A stretch of DNA of 64,000 nt, taken from positions 7,212-71,211 of IMG/VR virus record IMGVR_UViG_3300009873_000010; one strand, given 5' to 3'. A program made the translations under genes and the position numbers. This DNA comes from a virus. Taxonomy: Duplodnaviria > Caudoviricetes. The notes under the pieces were generated by a model that did not search any database, had not been told where the DNA came from, and saw nothing but the letters and a program-made list of their open reading frames with translations. Below are positions 8,594 to 19,374 of the stretch, piece by piece (the stretch's first letter is position 1; each line of letters begins with the position of its first letter).

Positions 8594-9388
8594 ATGGAAA
8601 AATATAGCAAAGAGGAAATAGCAGATAAGATAAGAAAGTTGCGAGATACTGCAGCTTCTTACATGAAGGAAGATAATATTGCAACTGCTGAATCATTTAT
8701 GCGAGCTGCAGAAAAGCTTATGAGCAAATACAGCATCACAGCAGAAGAAGTGAGAACTGCAGATGCGCTTGAAGCTATAAGAGAGTTTGAAGCAAACGTA
8801 AAGAGGCATAAAGGTGGCAAGTATTGGACAATATCCCTTGCAGGAGCTATTGCTCGATATAATTCGTGCAAAGCAGTGCGAATGGACTACAAAGCAGAGC
8901 AGTTTTTATTTGTGGGTGAGCCACACATGAGTGAGACAGCGGCATTTATGTTTGAAGCTGCATGCATCATATTTACAAATGCTGCGAAAAAAGCATACAA
9001 AGCACATCATGCAGAAGCTAAGCTTTTAGCATCTATGGATGGCTTTAAAAAGCTCACACCTAAACAACTCTTTGACAAAGGCTACTTGCAATCAGACAGC
9101 AAGTTCATTCATGGGTTTCTTACGTCTGCTGCATCAGCTTTTTACGATAAAGTTGAGGAGCTCTTAGAAGCACGTAATTTAGTGCCTAGTACACGCGAGC
9201 TCGTTGTTGCAACAGAAGCGCTAATAAACGATTATCTTAATGCTAAGCATAGCGTAACGACTAAGAGAGTTAAAACGCGCTCGTCTAGCGGTGTAGGCGA
9301 CGAACTTGGTGCTGAGTTCGGAAGTAATTATGCGCCTAAGCACGGAGTTAGTGCTGCAGGTTCTAACAATACAAAATATCTGAAATGA
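8594..9388 (+). CDS. DUF2786-like domain protein
   Basis: KIRKLRDTA...AESFMRAAEKLMSKYSI N-terminal signature. Confidence 0.7.
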   Translation: MEKYSKEEIADKIRKLRDTAASYMKEDNIATAESFMRAAEKLMSKYSITAEEVRTADALEAIREFEANVKRHKGGKYWTISLAGAIARYNSCKAVRMDYKAEQFLFVGEPHMSETAAFMFEAACIIFTNAAKKAYKAHHAEAKLLASMDGFKKLTPKQLFDKGYLQSDSKFIHGFLTSAASAFYDKVEELLEARNLVPSTRELVVATEALINDYLNAKHSVTTKRVKTRSSSGVGDELGAEFGSNYAPKHGVSAAGSNNTKYLK

Positions 9389-9720
9389 GTAAAACAATTA
9401 AATTGCAAGAGTTTTTAGTGCTCGCGCGCTTGGTAACACAACTACCTATATCGCCAAGCAGGACTCTATTTATCGACCAGGACAGAGTTGAGCGATGCAT
9501 AATGCTCAGTGTGCCTGAGAAGCACAATGTGCTTGTAGGGCTGATACGTTTACGTAATCCTGGTGAGCATTATACTATCAAGAGTGTTGCAACAATTGTG
9601 CTAAGAGAGCATGAGCACTTGATTCCAGACACAGTTGCTGATCTTGCAGACTTGCATGACTACTTTGAGTCCATCTACACAGGCGCGCTCTATTGTAGAG
9701 ATTATTACACAGAGTGGTGA
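9385..9720 (+). CDS. Hypothetical protein
   Basis: 111-aa ORF, ATGA overlap with the upstream gene. Confidence 0.65.
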   Translation: MSKTIKLQEFLVLARLVTQLPISPSRTLFIDQDRVERCIMLSVPEKHNVLVGLIRLRNPGEHYTIKSVATIVLREHEHLIPDTVADLADLHDYFESIYTGALYCRDYYTEW

Positions 9721-9792
9721 TTTTGTTGCAGATATGTTTGACTATTAAATCAATTTTTCTTATCTTTGATTTAATAATTAAATAGATGAATC

Positions 9793-11271
9793 ATGAATCC
9801 GAGTAAACTGCAACAGAACGTTATCGACGCTATACAGAATACGGACCACAATATCGTGGTTGACGCTAAGGCTGGTAGCGGCAAGACTACGCTTCTTCGC
9901 ATGATTGCAAATGCGATACCTGCAACTGACTCCATACTTATACTTGCCTTTAACAAGTCAATAGCAACAGAGCTTAAGCAGAAAGACGATCTTAAAGGCT
10001 ACAATATCGACATTCGCACTTGCCATTCTCATGGCATGCGTACGATACTTGAAGTGTGGGGTAAAGGTGTAAAGGTAGACTCTGCAAAAATGAAGAAGCA
10101 CTACAAGGTGCTTAATGAGCAGTGGGACATACCTGCAGAAGAGAAAGACAGGCGTAAAAGCATACTCGAAGCTGCAAATCTTGCGCGGCTAAATCTTAAG
10201 AGCGATGTACAAGGCATTCGCGATATGTGCTTTCGCTATGACATACCATTACTACTTGCAGACACTGGCAAAGTGCTAGATTTGTGCAAGGCTGTACAAG
10301 ACGACAACACTTGTATAGACTTCACAGATATGGTGTTTCATCCAGCCCTTCGCAAATCAATGCAACCTCGTAAATACAAGTGGGTTTTGATAGACGAATG
10401 TCAAGACCTTAACGTCCTCCAGCAAAAGCTTATGATGAAGTCTTTGTTACCTGGAGGACGTTTTGTTGCTGTAGGCGATCCATCACAGGCAATATATGGT
10501 TTCGCTGGAGCAGACGTTGATTCGTTTAATCGGTTAAAAGCTCATCCGAACACTGTGGTAATGCCGCTTAACGAGTGTTTCAGATGTGGGCACGAGATCA
10601 TAAAACTCGCACAGCAATACGAACCAAACATAATTGCGTTCCATAAGAATGGTAAAGGTGAAATCCAGCTTGAGGCAAGTTATGCAGACCCAGTACAGGG
10701 CGACATGGTTCTTTGCAGAAATACACTACCGCTTGTTAAATTGTGCTACTCTTACATAGGTAATGGCAAGAAAGCTTACATAAAGGGCAGAGACATAGGC
10801 AAGTCTTTGATAGCACTTACAAATCGTTGGAAAACTAATGATCTTAAAGTGTTGTCTGCAAAGCTTGAAGAGTACCTATCCGATACGTATAAGCAATTGC
10901 AAAAAGCTAATCCACATCTTGAGCCTGAAGACATCTACGAACTTGGACTATATGTAAAGGTTAAAGAGCAAGTTAACATCATAAATTTGCTAATAGCTCG
11001 TAATGGCGATGTAGTGGATTGTGAGACTCTGCGTGCAAAGCTTGAGGCAATATTTAAGGATGACGGTGAGGGCATTTGCTTATCTACTATACATAAGGCT
11101 AAAGGGCTTGAGGCAGACAATGTGTATGTGCTTGAGCGGCAGCTGATGCCTTCACCTTACGCAAAGCGCGACTGGCAAAAAGAACAAGAGAACAATCTTA
11201 TCTATGTGTGCTACACAAGAGCTAAAGAGCGTCTGGCATTTATTTCCGACTGGACAACAAAAGACTCATGA
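9793..11271 (+). CDS. uvrD: UvrD/Rep-family SF1A helicase
   Basis: AKAGSGKTT, DECQD, VGDPSQAIYGFAGA, STIHKAKGLE, YVCYTRAK. Confidence 0.95.
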   Translation: MNPSKLQQNVIDAIQNTDHNIVVDAKAGSGKTTLLRMIANAIPATDSILILAFNKSIATELKQKDDLKGYNIDIRTCHSHGMRTILEVWGKGVKVDSAKMKKHYKVLNEQWDIPAEEKDRRKSILEAANLARLNLKSDVQGIRDMCFRYDIPLLLADTGKVLDLCKAVQDDNTCIDFTDMVFHPALRKSMQPRKYKWVLIDECQDLNVLQQKLMMKSLLPGGRFVAVGDPSQAIYGFAGADVDSFNRLKAHPNTVVMPLNECFRCGHEIIKLAQQYEPNIIAFHKNGKGEIQLEASYADPVQGDMVLCRNTLPLVKLCYSYIGNGKKAYIKGRDIGKSLIALTNRWKTNDLKVLSAKLEEYLSDTYKQLQKANPHLEPEDIYELGLYVKVKEQVNIINLLIARNGDVVDCETLRAKLEAIFKDDGEGICLSTIHKAKGLEADNVYVLERQLMPSPYAKRDWQKEQENNLIYVCYTRAKERLAFISDWTTKDS

Positions 11272-12209
11272 TAGCTAAAGAAAATCTGCTTGCTTATTTT
11301 GAACAATTCGATATAAAGCAGTCAACTAATGACTGGTGGCGTTTCAATAATCCACTTGAGTACTCAACTCACGACGACATATCTATGGCTGTTAATTTTG
11401 AGTACATGTGGGTTAAGGACTTCAGAGGTTGGTCGGGTCATGTATTTGCGTTTATAGCAGAATACGAAGGCATAGAGTTCTGGCAAGCGCGCAAGTTAAT
11501 CGAAGAGCTTGACTACACACCAAGCAAACGTTTACGTAAGAAGCTAGGTGTTAAGCAGAAGTTTACAAGCAAGCACTTGGAATTGCCGGAAGGCTTTAAG
11601 CTAATCACAGAGCCCACAGGTGCTCTTGGTGTAAGAGCACAAGCATACTTAAAATCAAGGCACATAAGTCTTACTGAAGCAGAGCAATTGCACATAGGTT
11701 ATTGCAGTACAGGTAGATACGCTGGCTATATAATTATACCATTTATACGCAAGGGCGAGCTAGTGTACTACAATGCAAGAGCTTTTACAAATGCAAAGCC
11801 TAAGTATTTGAATCCACGTGTAGATGATTATGGCATAAAGAAAGCTGAGTTGTTTTACAATGAGGATGCTTTACAGATACATGATACAGTATTTATATGC
11901 GAAGGTGCGATTGATGCTATAACTGTTGGCAGCATGGGTTGCGCAACAATGGGTTGGGCATTGTCTAATGTGCAAAGATCGAAACTCATGAGGGCTAAAG
12001 CATCTACATTTGTTATATGCGCAGACAGAGGCTTTTATCAAAGAGCTATTGCTACATTTGCACCGTTCATAGGCATAAAGTCTGTGCGTGTAATTGACCC
12101 AAGCTTAATGCAGGGCAAAGATGTTAATGACTGGGGTAATGATGCAGTGCATGAGCTGGCAGAAATGGCTACAAAGCTAGATCATAAAACTATACTTAAG
12201 CATATATGA
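11268..12209 (+). CDS. dnaG: DNA primase (TOPRIM)
   Basis: IIIPF...YYNARAF...KYLNP; FICEGAIDA; CAD; GKDVND. Confidence 0.88.
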   Translation: MIAKENLLAYFEQFDIKQSTNDWWRFNNPLEYSTHDDISMAVNFEYMWVKDFRGWSGHVFAFIAEYEGIEFWQARKLIEELDYTPSKRLRKKLGVKQKFTSKHLELPEGFKLITEPTGALGVRAQAYLKSRHISLTEAEQLHIGYCSTGRYAGYIIIPFIRKGELVYYNARAFTNAKPKYLNPRVDDYGIKKAELFYNEDALQIHDTVFICEGAIDAITVGSMGCATMGWALSNVQRSKLMRAKASTFVICADRGFYQRAIATFAPFIGIKSVRVIDPSLMQGKDVNDWGNDAVHELAEMATKLDHKTILKHI

Positions 12210-12427
12210 ATTATCCACGTAATCCAGATGGCAGCTATTACACTAGTGGTTTCTATTATGTTGGTGCGACTGCTATTATAATTGTTGTAGTTTTTTGCTA
12301 TAGTATATTAATATGGCATGCTAAGAGCACTGCAATACATAACCCTACCGAGCTAGAGCTGCTTGAGCAGCGTATAGAAATGCTCGAGACAAAACTGCAA
12401 GCGCATGAGAAAACTATGGGACATTAA
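12206..12427 (+). CDS. Small membrane-anchored coiled-coil protein
   Basis: Hydrophobic helix then LELLEQRIEMLETKL. Confidence 0.55.
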   Translation: MNYPRNPDGSYYTSGFYYVGATAIIIVVVFCYSILIWHAKSTAIHNPTELELLEQRIEMLETKLQAHEKTMGH

Positions 12428-12671
12428 GCAAGAGTCTTTTTACGAATGGCTCGACAATAAATATCCATATTTTTATGTAGTGGCTGTGGGCATTGGTGGA
12501 GTTGCAATCACACTAACTGCTATAGGCATAGCAATAGGTTTGTGGATATTAGATATGGCAACTATATTCTACTCATTGCTACCTACAGTATTATGGCTAG
12601 CAGCTATATGCTTTATAGTGGCAAAACTCAAAATACATTACAAATGCACAGAAAACCCTCGCTGCATGTAA
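12405..12671 (+). CDS. Small two-TM membrane protein
   Basis: Two long hydrophobic stretches. Confidence 0.55.
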   Translation: MRKLWDIKQESFYEWLDNKYPYFYVVAVGIGGVAITLTAIGIAIGLWILDMATIFYSLLPTVLWLAAICFIVAKLKIHYKCTENPRCM

Positions 12672-13486
12672 CTTTGGCAGATTTGCAAGATGCTCTGCGG
12701 GCTATGGGCCATGAGCTGTCAGACTATGAATTGAGTGAGCTGGCGTTTAGACTACGTGGCAATATTTTACAGAATAGGCAAGTTATTGTAACTAATAATG
12801 CTCGCACTGCGCATGCTGTTCAGCGCAAGCAAGTGTATTTACAAGAGCATGCAAAGATAGCTGCAGCATGCTATGCAAATTTCTCATTGAAAGAGTTTGG
12901 GCGAAATGCATTTTACGGTCATAATGATAAGATGTGGGCACACATAGAAGTATTGTCAAGATTGGTAGAGCAGTTTGCAGAGCACTTTGAGATAGATGTA
13001 TATGAAACTGCATGTAATATATTTCTAGCTACTGCATTAGCCACAATGGAGCGTAGGTTCAAGCTGCCTAAGATAAATGCATACTCTGAGTCTATATGGG
13101 AGCACTATGAAGCTCAGCTAGTAGTAAGCACTGATGTTGCTCCTGAGCTTACTGAGAAATTTATGCTTGCTTACGCAAAGCGTCTGCGTAATTTTGCTAA
13201 TGTAGATTTGAAGTATCTTGCAGATGCTAAGTACAAGATGCATCTTGTATATGGTAGGCTAGAAGCAGACGGATTCAATGCTAATTATACTGATTGGATA
13301 AAAGCTCAAGAGGAAGGCCTTGCTTTCGCAGACACATTTCCGGATGTGTATCAGATGTATGGCAATAATGCTCGTAAGCGATACATAGACTACTGTAAAA
13401 AGCATAGCCGTTCTTTCAATGGCAAAGCAACTGCAATTTCTAACGACTACATAAGTAGGCTAAAAAAGCTGCGCGATGGTAATTAA
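12644..13486 (+). CDS. Hypothetical helical protein (start probably ATG 12644)
   Basis: Long ORF between primase and SF2 helicase. Confidence 0.75.
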   Translation: MHRKPSLHVTLADLQDALRAMGHELSDYELSELAFRLRGNILQNRQVIVTNNARTAHAVQRKQVYLQEHAKIAAACYANFSLKEFGRNAFYGHNDKMWAHIEVLSRLVEQFAEHFEIDVYETACNIFLATALATMERRFKLPKINAYSESIWEHYEAQLVVSTDVAPELTEKFMLAYAKRLRNFANVDLKYLADAKYKMHLVYGRLEADGFNANYTDWIKAQEEGLAFADTFPDVYQMYGNNARKRYIDYCKKHSRSFNGKATAISNDYISRLKKLRDGN

Positions 13487-14888
13487 CGTACATAATACTT
13501 ACTCTTACATTGTGCAAGGTGGCGAGCACACAGAGTACGATCTTATAGAGGAGCTACGCATTTATAGCAGAGTAAAGAATCCTGGTGCGCGCTTTGCAAC
13601 ATACCACAATGATGGGTATAAATATTTTTGCACACCTAAAGGTAGGTTTCTTACAGGCTTTTTGCCAACTGTTATAAAGTTTTTTAGAAACGAGTTGGGC
13701 ATAGACAAGATTGATATAGTAGACGAGAGGCGCAATGTAACTATGCCTACAGGTATTGTAATTGACAAATTCCAGGGCTATAGTTTGTACGATCATCAAA
13801 GACGCGCAATTGAGAAGTCTGCGCGCACATTGGAAGGAGTTACGTGGCATAGAGGCATAATAGATTTTGCTGTAAACGCAGGTAAAACAGCTGTAATTGC
13901 AGCACTCGCTAAAGCATATACAGGCAATACTTTATTGCTAATACATAAGCAAGACTTGCTTAAACAATACATAGACGACTTCAAAGACATGTTCGATATA
14001 GGCTTAGTGCATGGCAAGCATGAAGAGTTCACTGATTTCACAATTGCTATGTACAAGACTCTTTATATACGAGCTCGCAACAATCCTAAGCTAAGACTTA
14101 AGCTTGCAAAAGTAAATACACTTATAGTTGACGAAGCTCATCATGTTACTGGCAAAGAGTATTCGTCACTAGTCAATTCTATTGATGCTTACGGTAGATT
14201 CTTTCTATCTGGCACTATCTATGATAAAGATGCTATAAACAAGATGTATGTTTATGGTATGTCTGGTGCAACTATTGCAAGCATAAAGACAAGTACACTA
14301 ATACAAGAAGGCATATCTAAAGAAACAATTGTGCACATGTATAAGTATGTAGCACCTGCAGTACCTATAGTTAATAGCTACAATGCAGAGCTAAATGTTA
14401 CATTGTATCATAAAGCACGCGCAGACGTGTTCAAGAACTACATAGCTCAAAACAGTGAACGTCAGATATTGTTGTCTGTTAATTTAGTAGAGCACGGCAT
14501 CTTTATGCTTGATGCTATAGCAGATGTATGCGAGCCACGCTGGCTAAGCGGTGAGACACCTACTGCAGCAAGAGATCAGCTAATTGCAGAGTTTAAAGCA
14601 GGTGAGTTTAAAGTGCTTGTAACTACATTATTTGAGGAAGGCCTTAATGCTCCGATAGACTCACTGCTATTAGCACAAGGAGGTAAAGCTAAGGGCTCTA
14701 TAAAGCAATATATAGGTCGTATACAGAGGCGTATGGGCAAATTCGATCAAGTGCATGTTGTAGATGTATTTGATGAAGGCGACTATCTTGCGCGGCACTC
14801 ACGAGCACGAATAAAATTATACAGAGAGGAAGGCTATGAAGTGGAGCTTCACTATGATGCAAATCGCTTTGGGACTCCAGAAAAATAA
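13476..14888 (+). CDS. SF2 DExH helicase (UvsW/XPB-like)
   Basis: LYDHQ, FAVNAGKT, DEAHH, SGT, QYIGRIQR. Confidence 0.92.
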   Translation: MVINVHNTYSYIVQGGEHTEYDLIEELRIYSRVKNPGARFATYHNDGYKYFCTPKGRFLTGFLPTVIKFFRNELGIDKIDIVDERRNVTMPTGIVIDKFQGYSLYDHQRRAIEKSARTLEGVTWHRGIIDFAVNAGKTAVIAALAKAYTGNTLLLIHKQDLLKQYIDDFKDMFDIGLVHGKHEEFTDFTIAMYKTLYIRARNNPKLRLKLAKVNTLIVDEAHHVTGKEYSSLVNSIDAYGRFFLSGTIYDKDAINKMYVYGMSGATIASIKTSTLIQEGISKETIVHMYKYVAPAVPIVNSYNAELNVTLYHKARADVFKNYIAQNSERQILLSVNLVEHGIFMLDAIADVCEPRWLSGETPTAARDQLIAEFKAGEFKVLVTTLFEEGLNAPIDSLLLAQGGKAKGSIKQYIGRIQRRMGKFDQVHVVDVFDEGDYLARHSRARIKLYREEGYEVELHYDANRFGTPEK

Positions 14889-15014
14889 GTAAGAAATTTG
14901 TTTGAATTTTTATACAAATTTCTTATCTTTGAATAAATCATAAACTCTGAAATAATATGCAATTAGGCTTCTTCGCGCTATGCGTTATCGCATTATGCGT
15001 AAAATACTGGAAAC

Positions 15015-15443
15015 ATGGATAGAGAACCACGTACTAAACAAACTAATGTGGATTTGTCAAAGCCACTTAATTTAGCTGACTTTGCAGATTCCGATGATTG
15101 CATAGGTAAGCTATATGACCCGTCGAATAATAGCTGTGCGATATGCCATGACTCGCATATCTGTGCAACTATATATCACCATACTACATTAAAGGAAAAG
15201 CGCGCTGCTACTAAGGGCGACAAAGTTTACTTAGACGAAGTCGATTTTGAGCGCGTGCCCGTAGACAAAATCTACGAGCTAATTGCAGGCAGTCCTGGCT
15301 ATTGGACAACTGTAATGCTAGTAGAAGCTGTTAAGAAGTACTCAGGAGCTGCAGACGACATACTGCCTGCGCACTTTACAAAGCTCTTTATGGCACACAA
15401 TGGTATAATTGAAAAAGAAGGTTTGCTCTATGTCGAAGATTAA
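15015..15443 (+). CDS. Hypothetical protein with four-Cys motif
   Basis: CIGKLYDPSNNSCAICHDSHIC. Confidence 0.7.
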   Translation: MDREPRTKQTNVDLSKPLNLADFADSDDCIGKLYDPSNNSCAICHDSHICATIYHHTTLKEKRAATKGDKVYLDEVDFERVPVDKIYELIAGSPGYWTTVMLVEAVKKYSGAADDILPAHFTKLFMAHNGIIEKEGLLYVED

Positions 15444-18111
15444 AACAGGCTTACTAGTAGTTGCTCCTTACCCTACATATCAAGACTATAAAGCAGGTAC
15501 AGTTTGCACTAAAGATGCAGACAAGTACATAGACCTTGTTTTGCATAGAGTGCTGCTTGATTCAGATGGCAACTCTTATGCACGTGGTGATATACACGTA
15601 GCGTATGCAATACCAGAGCCTATAAAGACTGTAACTGCTGCTAGTTTTCGTGCAGCATTTGAGCAGCATAAGCCTGATCTTGAAGTACTGATAGAGGGCT
15701 TGCAACCAAAGGCTATTGTAATTGTAGGTTCGCGACTTGTGCCTTTTATGACACCATTTCGCAAACTAGACGATGCGCTTAGGGCTGCAGGTGAGCTTAC
15801 TATAAGCTTGCATACTTGCCCTGTATTTGCAACATACTCGCCAAGACTGCTCATAGATAAATACGACGAATACATAAATGTGTTTATAAAGCGTTTTGCA
15901 GATGCTTTAGGCTATGTCAATGATGACTACGAAGATGCAGATAAGCTTCTAACACCATTTAAGATAATTAGCAGCATTGAAGAGCTTGATAAAGTGCTTG
16001 ACTATGTAGAGCAGGCAGGCATATTCTGTATGGACTTCGAGACTAGCGAGCGCGAGTGGTTTAGAGAAACTGCTTACGCTACAATTCTAGGTTTTGCTTT
16101 TCAGGCAGGCTACACTTACATAATTCCATTAGAGCATGATGACTCGCCGTTCTGGGCAGACGTTAGCACTATATGGAAGCTACTAGAGCGTCGTGTATTT
16201 GCGAATCCAAATGTAAAGAAGATAGCACAGAACCTGTGGTTTGAGATATTATGGTTACGCAAGTATGGTGTGAAAAAGTTTAAGGGCGAATGGCATGACA
16301 CTATGATTATGTCATTTCTGCTCGATGAGCATACGCCTAATGGACTAAAGGAGCTAACTCGTAAGTACTTTCCTGCATTTGCAGGTTATGAAGCATCAAT
16401 AAGAGGCACTAGCTACACGTGGGGCACAATGCCTATGGAGCTGCTGTGCCCTTATAACGCAGTTGACGTAGACATGACATTTCGTCTGTGGGTACATTTT
16501 GAGGACATGCTTATCAGCGATGACCCGCAGGGCAGGCTTTATGCAATGTATAGATCATACAGCATGCCTGGATTAAAGATGCTATCAAGAGTTACGTACT
16601 ATGGTGCTCGTATTGATGTGCCGCATCTTGAAGAGGCTATGGACCGTGCGCGGCCTGTTATAGAAGCTAAGGAGCTAGCAATGCGAGCTGACGATACGGT
16701 CAAGCGTTTTGAAGCAGACATGCGCGCAGAGGCAGATGGCAAGCGCAAGTCGCTTCTTGAAGAGCGCTTGGCTAAGGCACATGAGCGTCGCAGAACTCGT
16801 CCAGCCATGCAACGACATCGTCGTATTCTATATACGTATGTTACTGCTACAATGCAAAAATACATTGATGAGCTTGAAGCTATAGACGCAGGCGAGCTAA
16901 CAACTTATGAAGGCATAAACTTCAACTCTAATCCGCAAATGCAGATTTTGCTATATGACGAGAAGTACTTCGGATTGCCTTTAATGGTAGACGAGCGTAC
17001 TGGCGAGCGTAAGAAATCTACTGAGCGCGACTGGCTCTTAGAGTTCAATAATGTGCCTTTTATAACTCTGTATCTTGAGTACAAGAGCCTTCGTAAGATG
17101 GTTAACACTTATCTTAATGGTATCTATAAGTTGCTCTGTCCACGTGGGTATATACATACAGACTACAAGATCAATGGTACGCGCACAGGTCGTATATCCA
17201 GTAAGAATCCTAACTTGCAGAACTTGCCATGGTACACAAGACTAGAGGATGAAACGTTAAACTGGGTGCTTGGGCAAATACGCAAGATATTTATTAACTT
17301 AGAGCCAGATGAGCACGGCTCGTGGGTAATGACTCAGGCAGACTATAGCCAAGCAGAGCTCAGGCTAATCGCTAATTTCGCACAAGACAAGGGCATGATA
17401 GATGCCTACATGCACAAAATAGATATACATACAATTACAGGTGCAGAGATAGCAGGTAATACATTAGAGGAAGAACTAGCGCTGAAAGAGACAGACCCTA
17501 AAGCACATAAGAAGAACAGAACTATTGGTAAGAGTGGCAACTTCTCAATTGTATTTGGTATTTCACCAGAGGGCTATGCAGATTATGTGCGAAGAACAAC
17601 AGGCCAAATCATAGATATTAACGAGGCTATAAGGCATATAGAATCCGTTATGAGTTTATATCCAAACTTACGTAAATGGCACGAGACTTATAGAAGTAAG
17701 GCTCGAAAGTATAAATATGTACGAACTCTATTTGGCCAGAAGCGTAGGCTTCCTGATGTAGATAGCCCAGTAAGCAAGCTACGCTCTGCAGCTTTGAGGC
17801 ACTCTATAAATACACCGATTCAGGGCACAGCAGGCCAGTGGACTATATTTGCAATGACTTGTGTAGATATGGTAACTCCAGTGAATATGGCACAGCCTTT
17901 CAATACAGTGCATGACTCTGTGTTTTATTACATACGTGAGCAACACCTTAAGCCTGTCTGCGCGTCTATTAATGCTATATGCGAGATGCCGCCTTTGGAA
18001 GCATACATGCATGTAGACACAGAAAAACTCACTGTGCCCATGAAATTAGATTTTGAGTTCTCTGCAACTAATTGGACAGAAATGGCAGAAAAAGATATAA
18101 ATAGTTTGTAA
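15430..18111 (+). CDS. polA: Family A DNA polymerase with N-terminal UDG-like domain and 3'-5' exonuclease
   Basis: Exonuclease DFET, AQNLWFE, YNAVD; polymerase TGRISSKNPNLQN, DYSQAELR, KSGNFSIVFG, NTPIQGTA, VHDS; N-terminal QPKAIVIVG...VFATYSP. Confidence 0.97.
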   Translation: MSKIKTGLLVVAPYPTYQDYKAGTVCTKDADKYIDLVLHRVLLDSDGNSYARGDIHVAYAIPEPIKTVTAASFRAAFEQHKPDLEVLIEGLQPKAIVIVGSRLVPFMTPFRKLDDALRAAGELTISLHTCPVFATYSPRLLIDKYDEYINVFIKRFADALGYVNDDYEDADKLLTPFKIISSIEELDKVLDYVEQAGIFCMDFETSEREWFRETAYATILGFAFQAGYTYIIPLEHDDSPFWADVSTIWKLLERRVFANPNVKKIAQNLWFEILWLRKYGVKKFKGEWHDTMIMSFLLDEHTPNGLKELTRKYFPAFAGYEASIRGTSYTWGTMPMELLCPYNAVDVDMTFRLWVHFEDMLISDDPQGRLYAMYRSYSMPGLKMLSRVTYYGARIDVPHLEEAMDRARPVIEAKELAMRADDTVKRFEADMRAEADGKRKSLLEERLAKAHERRRTRPAMQRHRRILYTYVTATMQKYIDELEAIDAGELTTYEGINFNSNPQMQILLYDEKYFGLPLMVDERTGERKKSTERDWLLEFNNVPFITLYLEYKSLRKMVNTYLNGIYKLLCPRGYIHTDYKINGTRTGRISSKNPNLQNLPWYTRLEDETLNWVLGQIRKIFINLEPDEHGSWVMTQADYSQAELRLIANFAQDKGMIDAYMHKIDIHTITGAEIAGNTLEEELALKETDPKAHKKNRTIGKSGNFSIVFGISPEGYADYVRRTTGQIIDINEAIRHIESVMSLYPNLRKWHETYRSKARKYKYVRTLFGQKRRLPDVDSPVSKLRSAALRHSINTPIQGTAGQWTIFAMTCVDMVTPVNMAQPFNTVHDSVFYYIREQHLKPVCASINAICEMPPLEAYMHVDTEKLTVPMKLDFEFSATNWTEMAEKDINSL

Positions 18112-18164
18112 TAAATTTCACTTTTTAAATTAAAATTCTTATCTTTGGATAAAGATATAAAGAT

Positions 18165-18494
18165 ATGGCACAGACGATAGTTTATGCAGAATATGATGGC
18201 AAAGAAGCATACTTTGTGTATGCTTATGATGTTGCAAATCCATTAGACATGGGCTCTGGCTATATGCTAACACGCATGTTTGTGCCTACAGATTTTGTAG
18301 AGCACTATCTTAAGTACTTTTCTGATGGCTTTTGTGTTACAACAGAGCTGCACACACTAGCAACTAAAATGGAGGCTGCAAAAGCAGTGCGCTACACAAA
18401 AGGTGCCATAACTGCAGATTTCGTGCGTTCTACTCTTAGCATAGAGTCGTATGAAGCATTCTTCAACACGTTTTTTACTCGTTACTATTCATAA
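18165..18494 (+). CDS. Hypothetical protein
   Basis: 109-aa ORF after the promoter at 18140. Confidence 0.7.
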   Translation: MAQTIVYAEYDGKEAYFVYAYDVANPLDMGSGYMLTRMFVPTDFVEHYLKYFSDGFCVTTELHTLATKMEAAKAVRYTKGAITADFVRSTLSIESYEAFFNTFFTRYYS

Positions 18495-18512
18495 CAATTT
18501 AAAACCTAACAC

Positions 18513-19346
18513 ATGGCTCACAAGCTTGATTTAGACGCATTAGCAGCGTTGCAAAATGAAATGAGCAAAGGCGACGGTTCCTATCTTAACATCAAGAAGG
18601 TAACGGACTCTGGCGAATTCATCTTCCGGCCTCTGCCACCACGTATGAACATGCACGGCGTGTTTATCGTAGTGGAGCGTGGCTACTGGATTGATGGTAC
18701 GTTCTATGTCTCGCCGCACAATCCGCCTTACGCCAAAGGGCATGACCCGATCAAAGAAGAAATTGAGCTCGCAAGGGCTTCTGGCGATCCTGAATTGCTG
18801 GAGCTGCTCGACGGCCGCAATTTCAACGAGTCTGTCAGCTACTACATGAATGTTTTGCAACTGGAGGAAGTAATCCAGAACCGCAAAGCTTCTTACAAAG
18901 TGGTAGACGATGAGCCCAAGATTCTGCAAGCAAACAAAACGATTGCACAAGGAGTCGCAGGCTACGTTACACATCCACGGTATGGCGGCAACAGCGAGTT
19001 CGGCATTCTGGACTCTGAAACCGGCTACAACATGTCTGCAACAAAGACTGTTACCGGCAGCAACACTAAGTACAGTGTTACGCTGATACCGACTCCATGC
19101 CCTATGGATGGAAAGTACTACACCGAAGAAGCACTGCCTGATCTGCCGAAGATGCTGGTTGAAAAGCTCAAGCCAGAGGCCTATCTGCGCGGCGTAATCC
19201 GCAATTTCCTTTACGGCGAGCCTATGCCACAGGAGACTGCCCAGTCTACCGGTAAGGCTAAGAAAGGCAAAGCAAGTGCAGGTAAAGCAGGCAAAGGAAG
19301 TGCAGGTAAAGCGTCCATGGCAGACGCACTGCAGGAAGAGGAATAA
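18513..19346 (+). CDS. ssb: Single-stranded DNA-binding protein (gp32-like)
   Basis: FIFRPLPP, aromatic OB-like core, K/A-rich then acidic tail (LQEEE); followed by a terminator. Confidence 0.65.
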   Translation: MAHKLDLDALAALQNEMSKGDGSYLNIKKVTDSGEFIFRPLPPRMNMHGVFIVVERGYWIDGTFYVSPHNPPYAKGHDPIKEEIELARASGDPELLELLDGRNFNESVSYYMNVLQLEEVIQNRKASYKVVDDEPKILQANKTIAQGVAGYVTHPRYGGNSEFGILDSETGYNMSATKTVTGSNTKYSVTLIPTPCPMDGKYYTEEALPDLPKMLVEKLKPEAYLRGVIRNFLYGEPMPQETAQSTGKAKKGKASAGKAGKGSAGKASMADALQEEE

Positions 19347-19374
19347 GCACACGTAGTTTTCTCGATTCATGAAT

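Noticed and set aside
15430-18111. Intein or group I intron in PolA (also checked TerL and the helicases)
   Set aside because: Frames are continuous, with no Cys...His-Asn splice motifs or LAGLIDADG; the insertion is only about 75 aa
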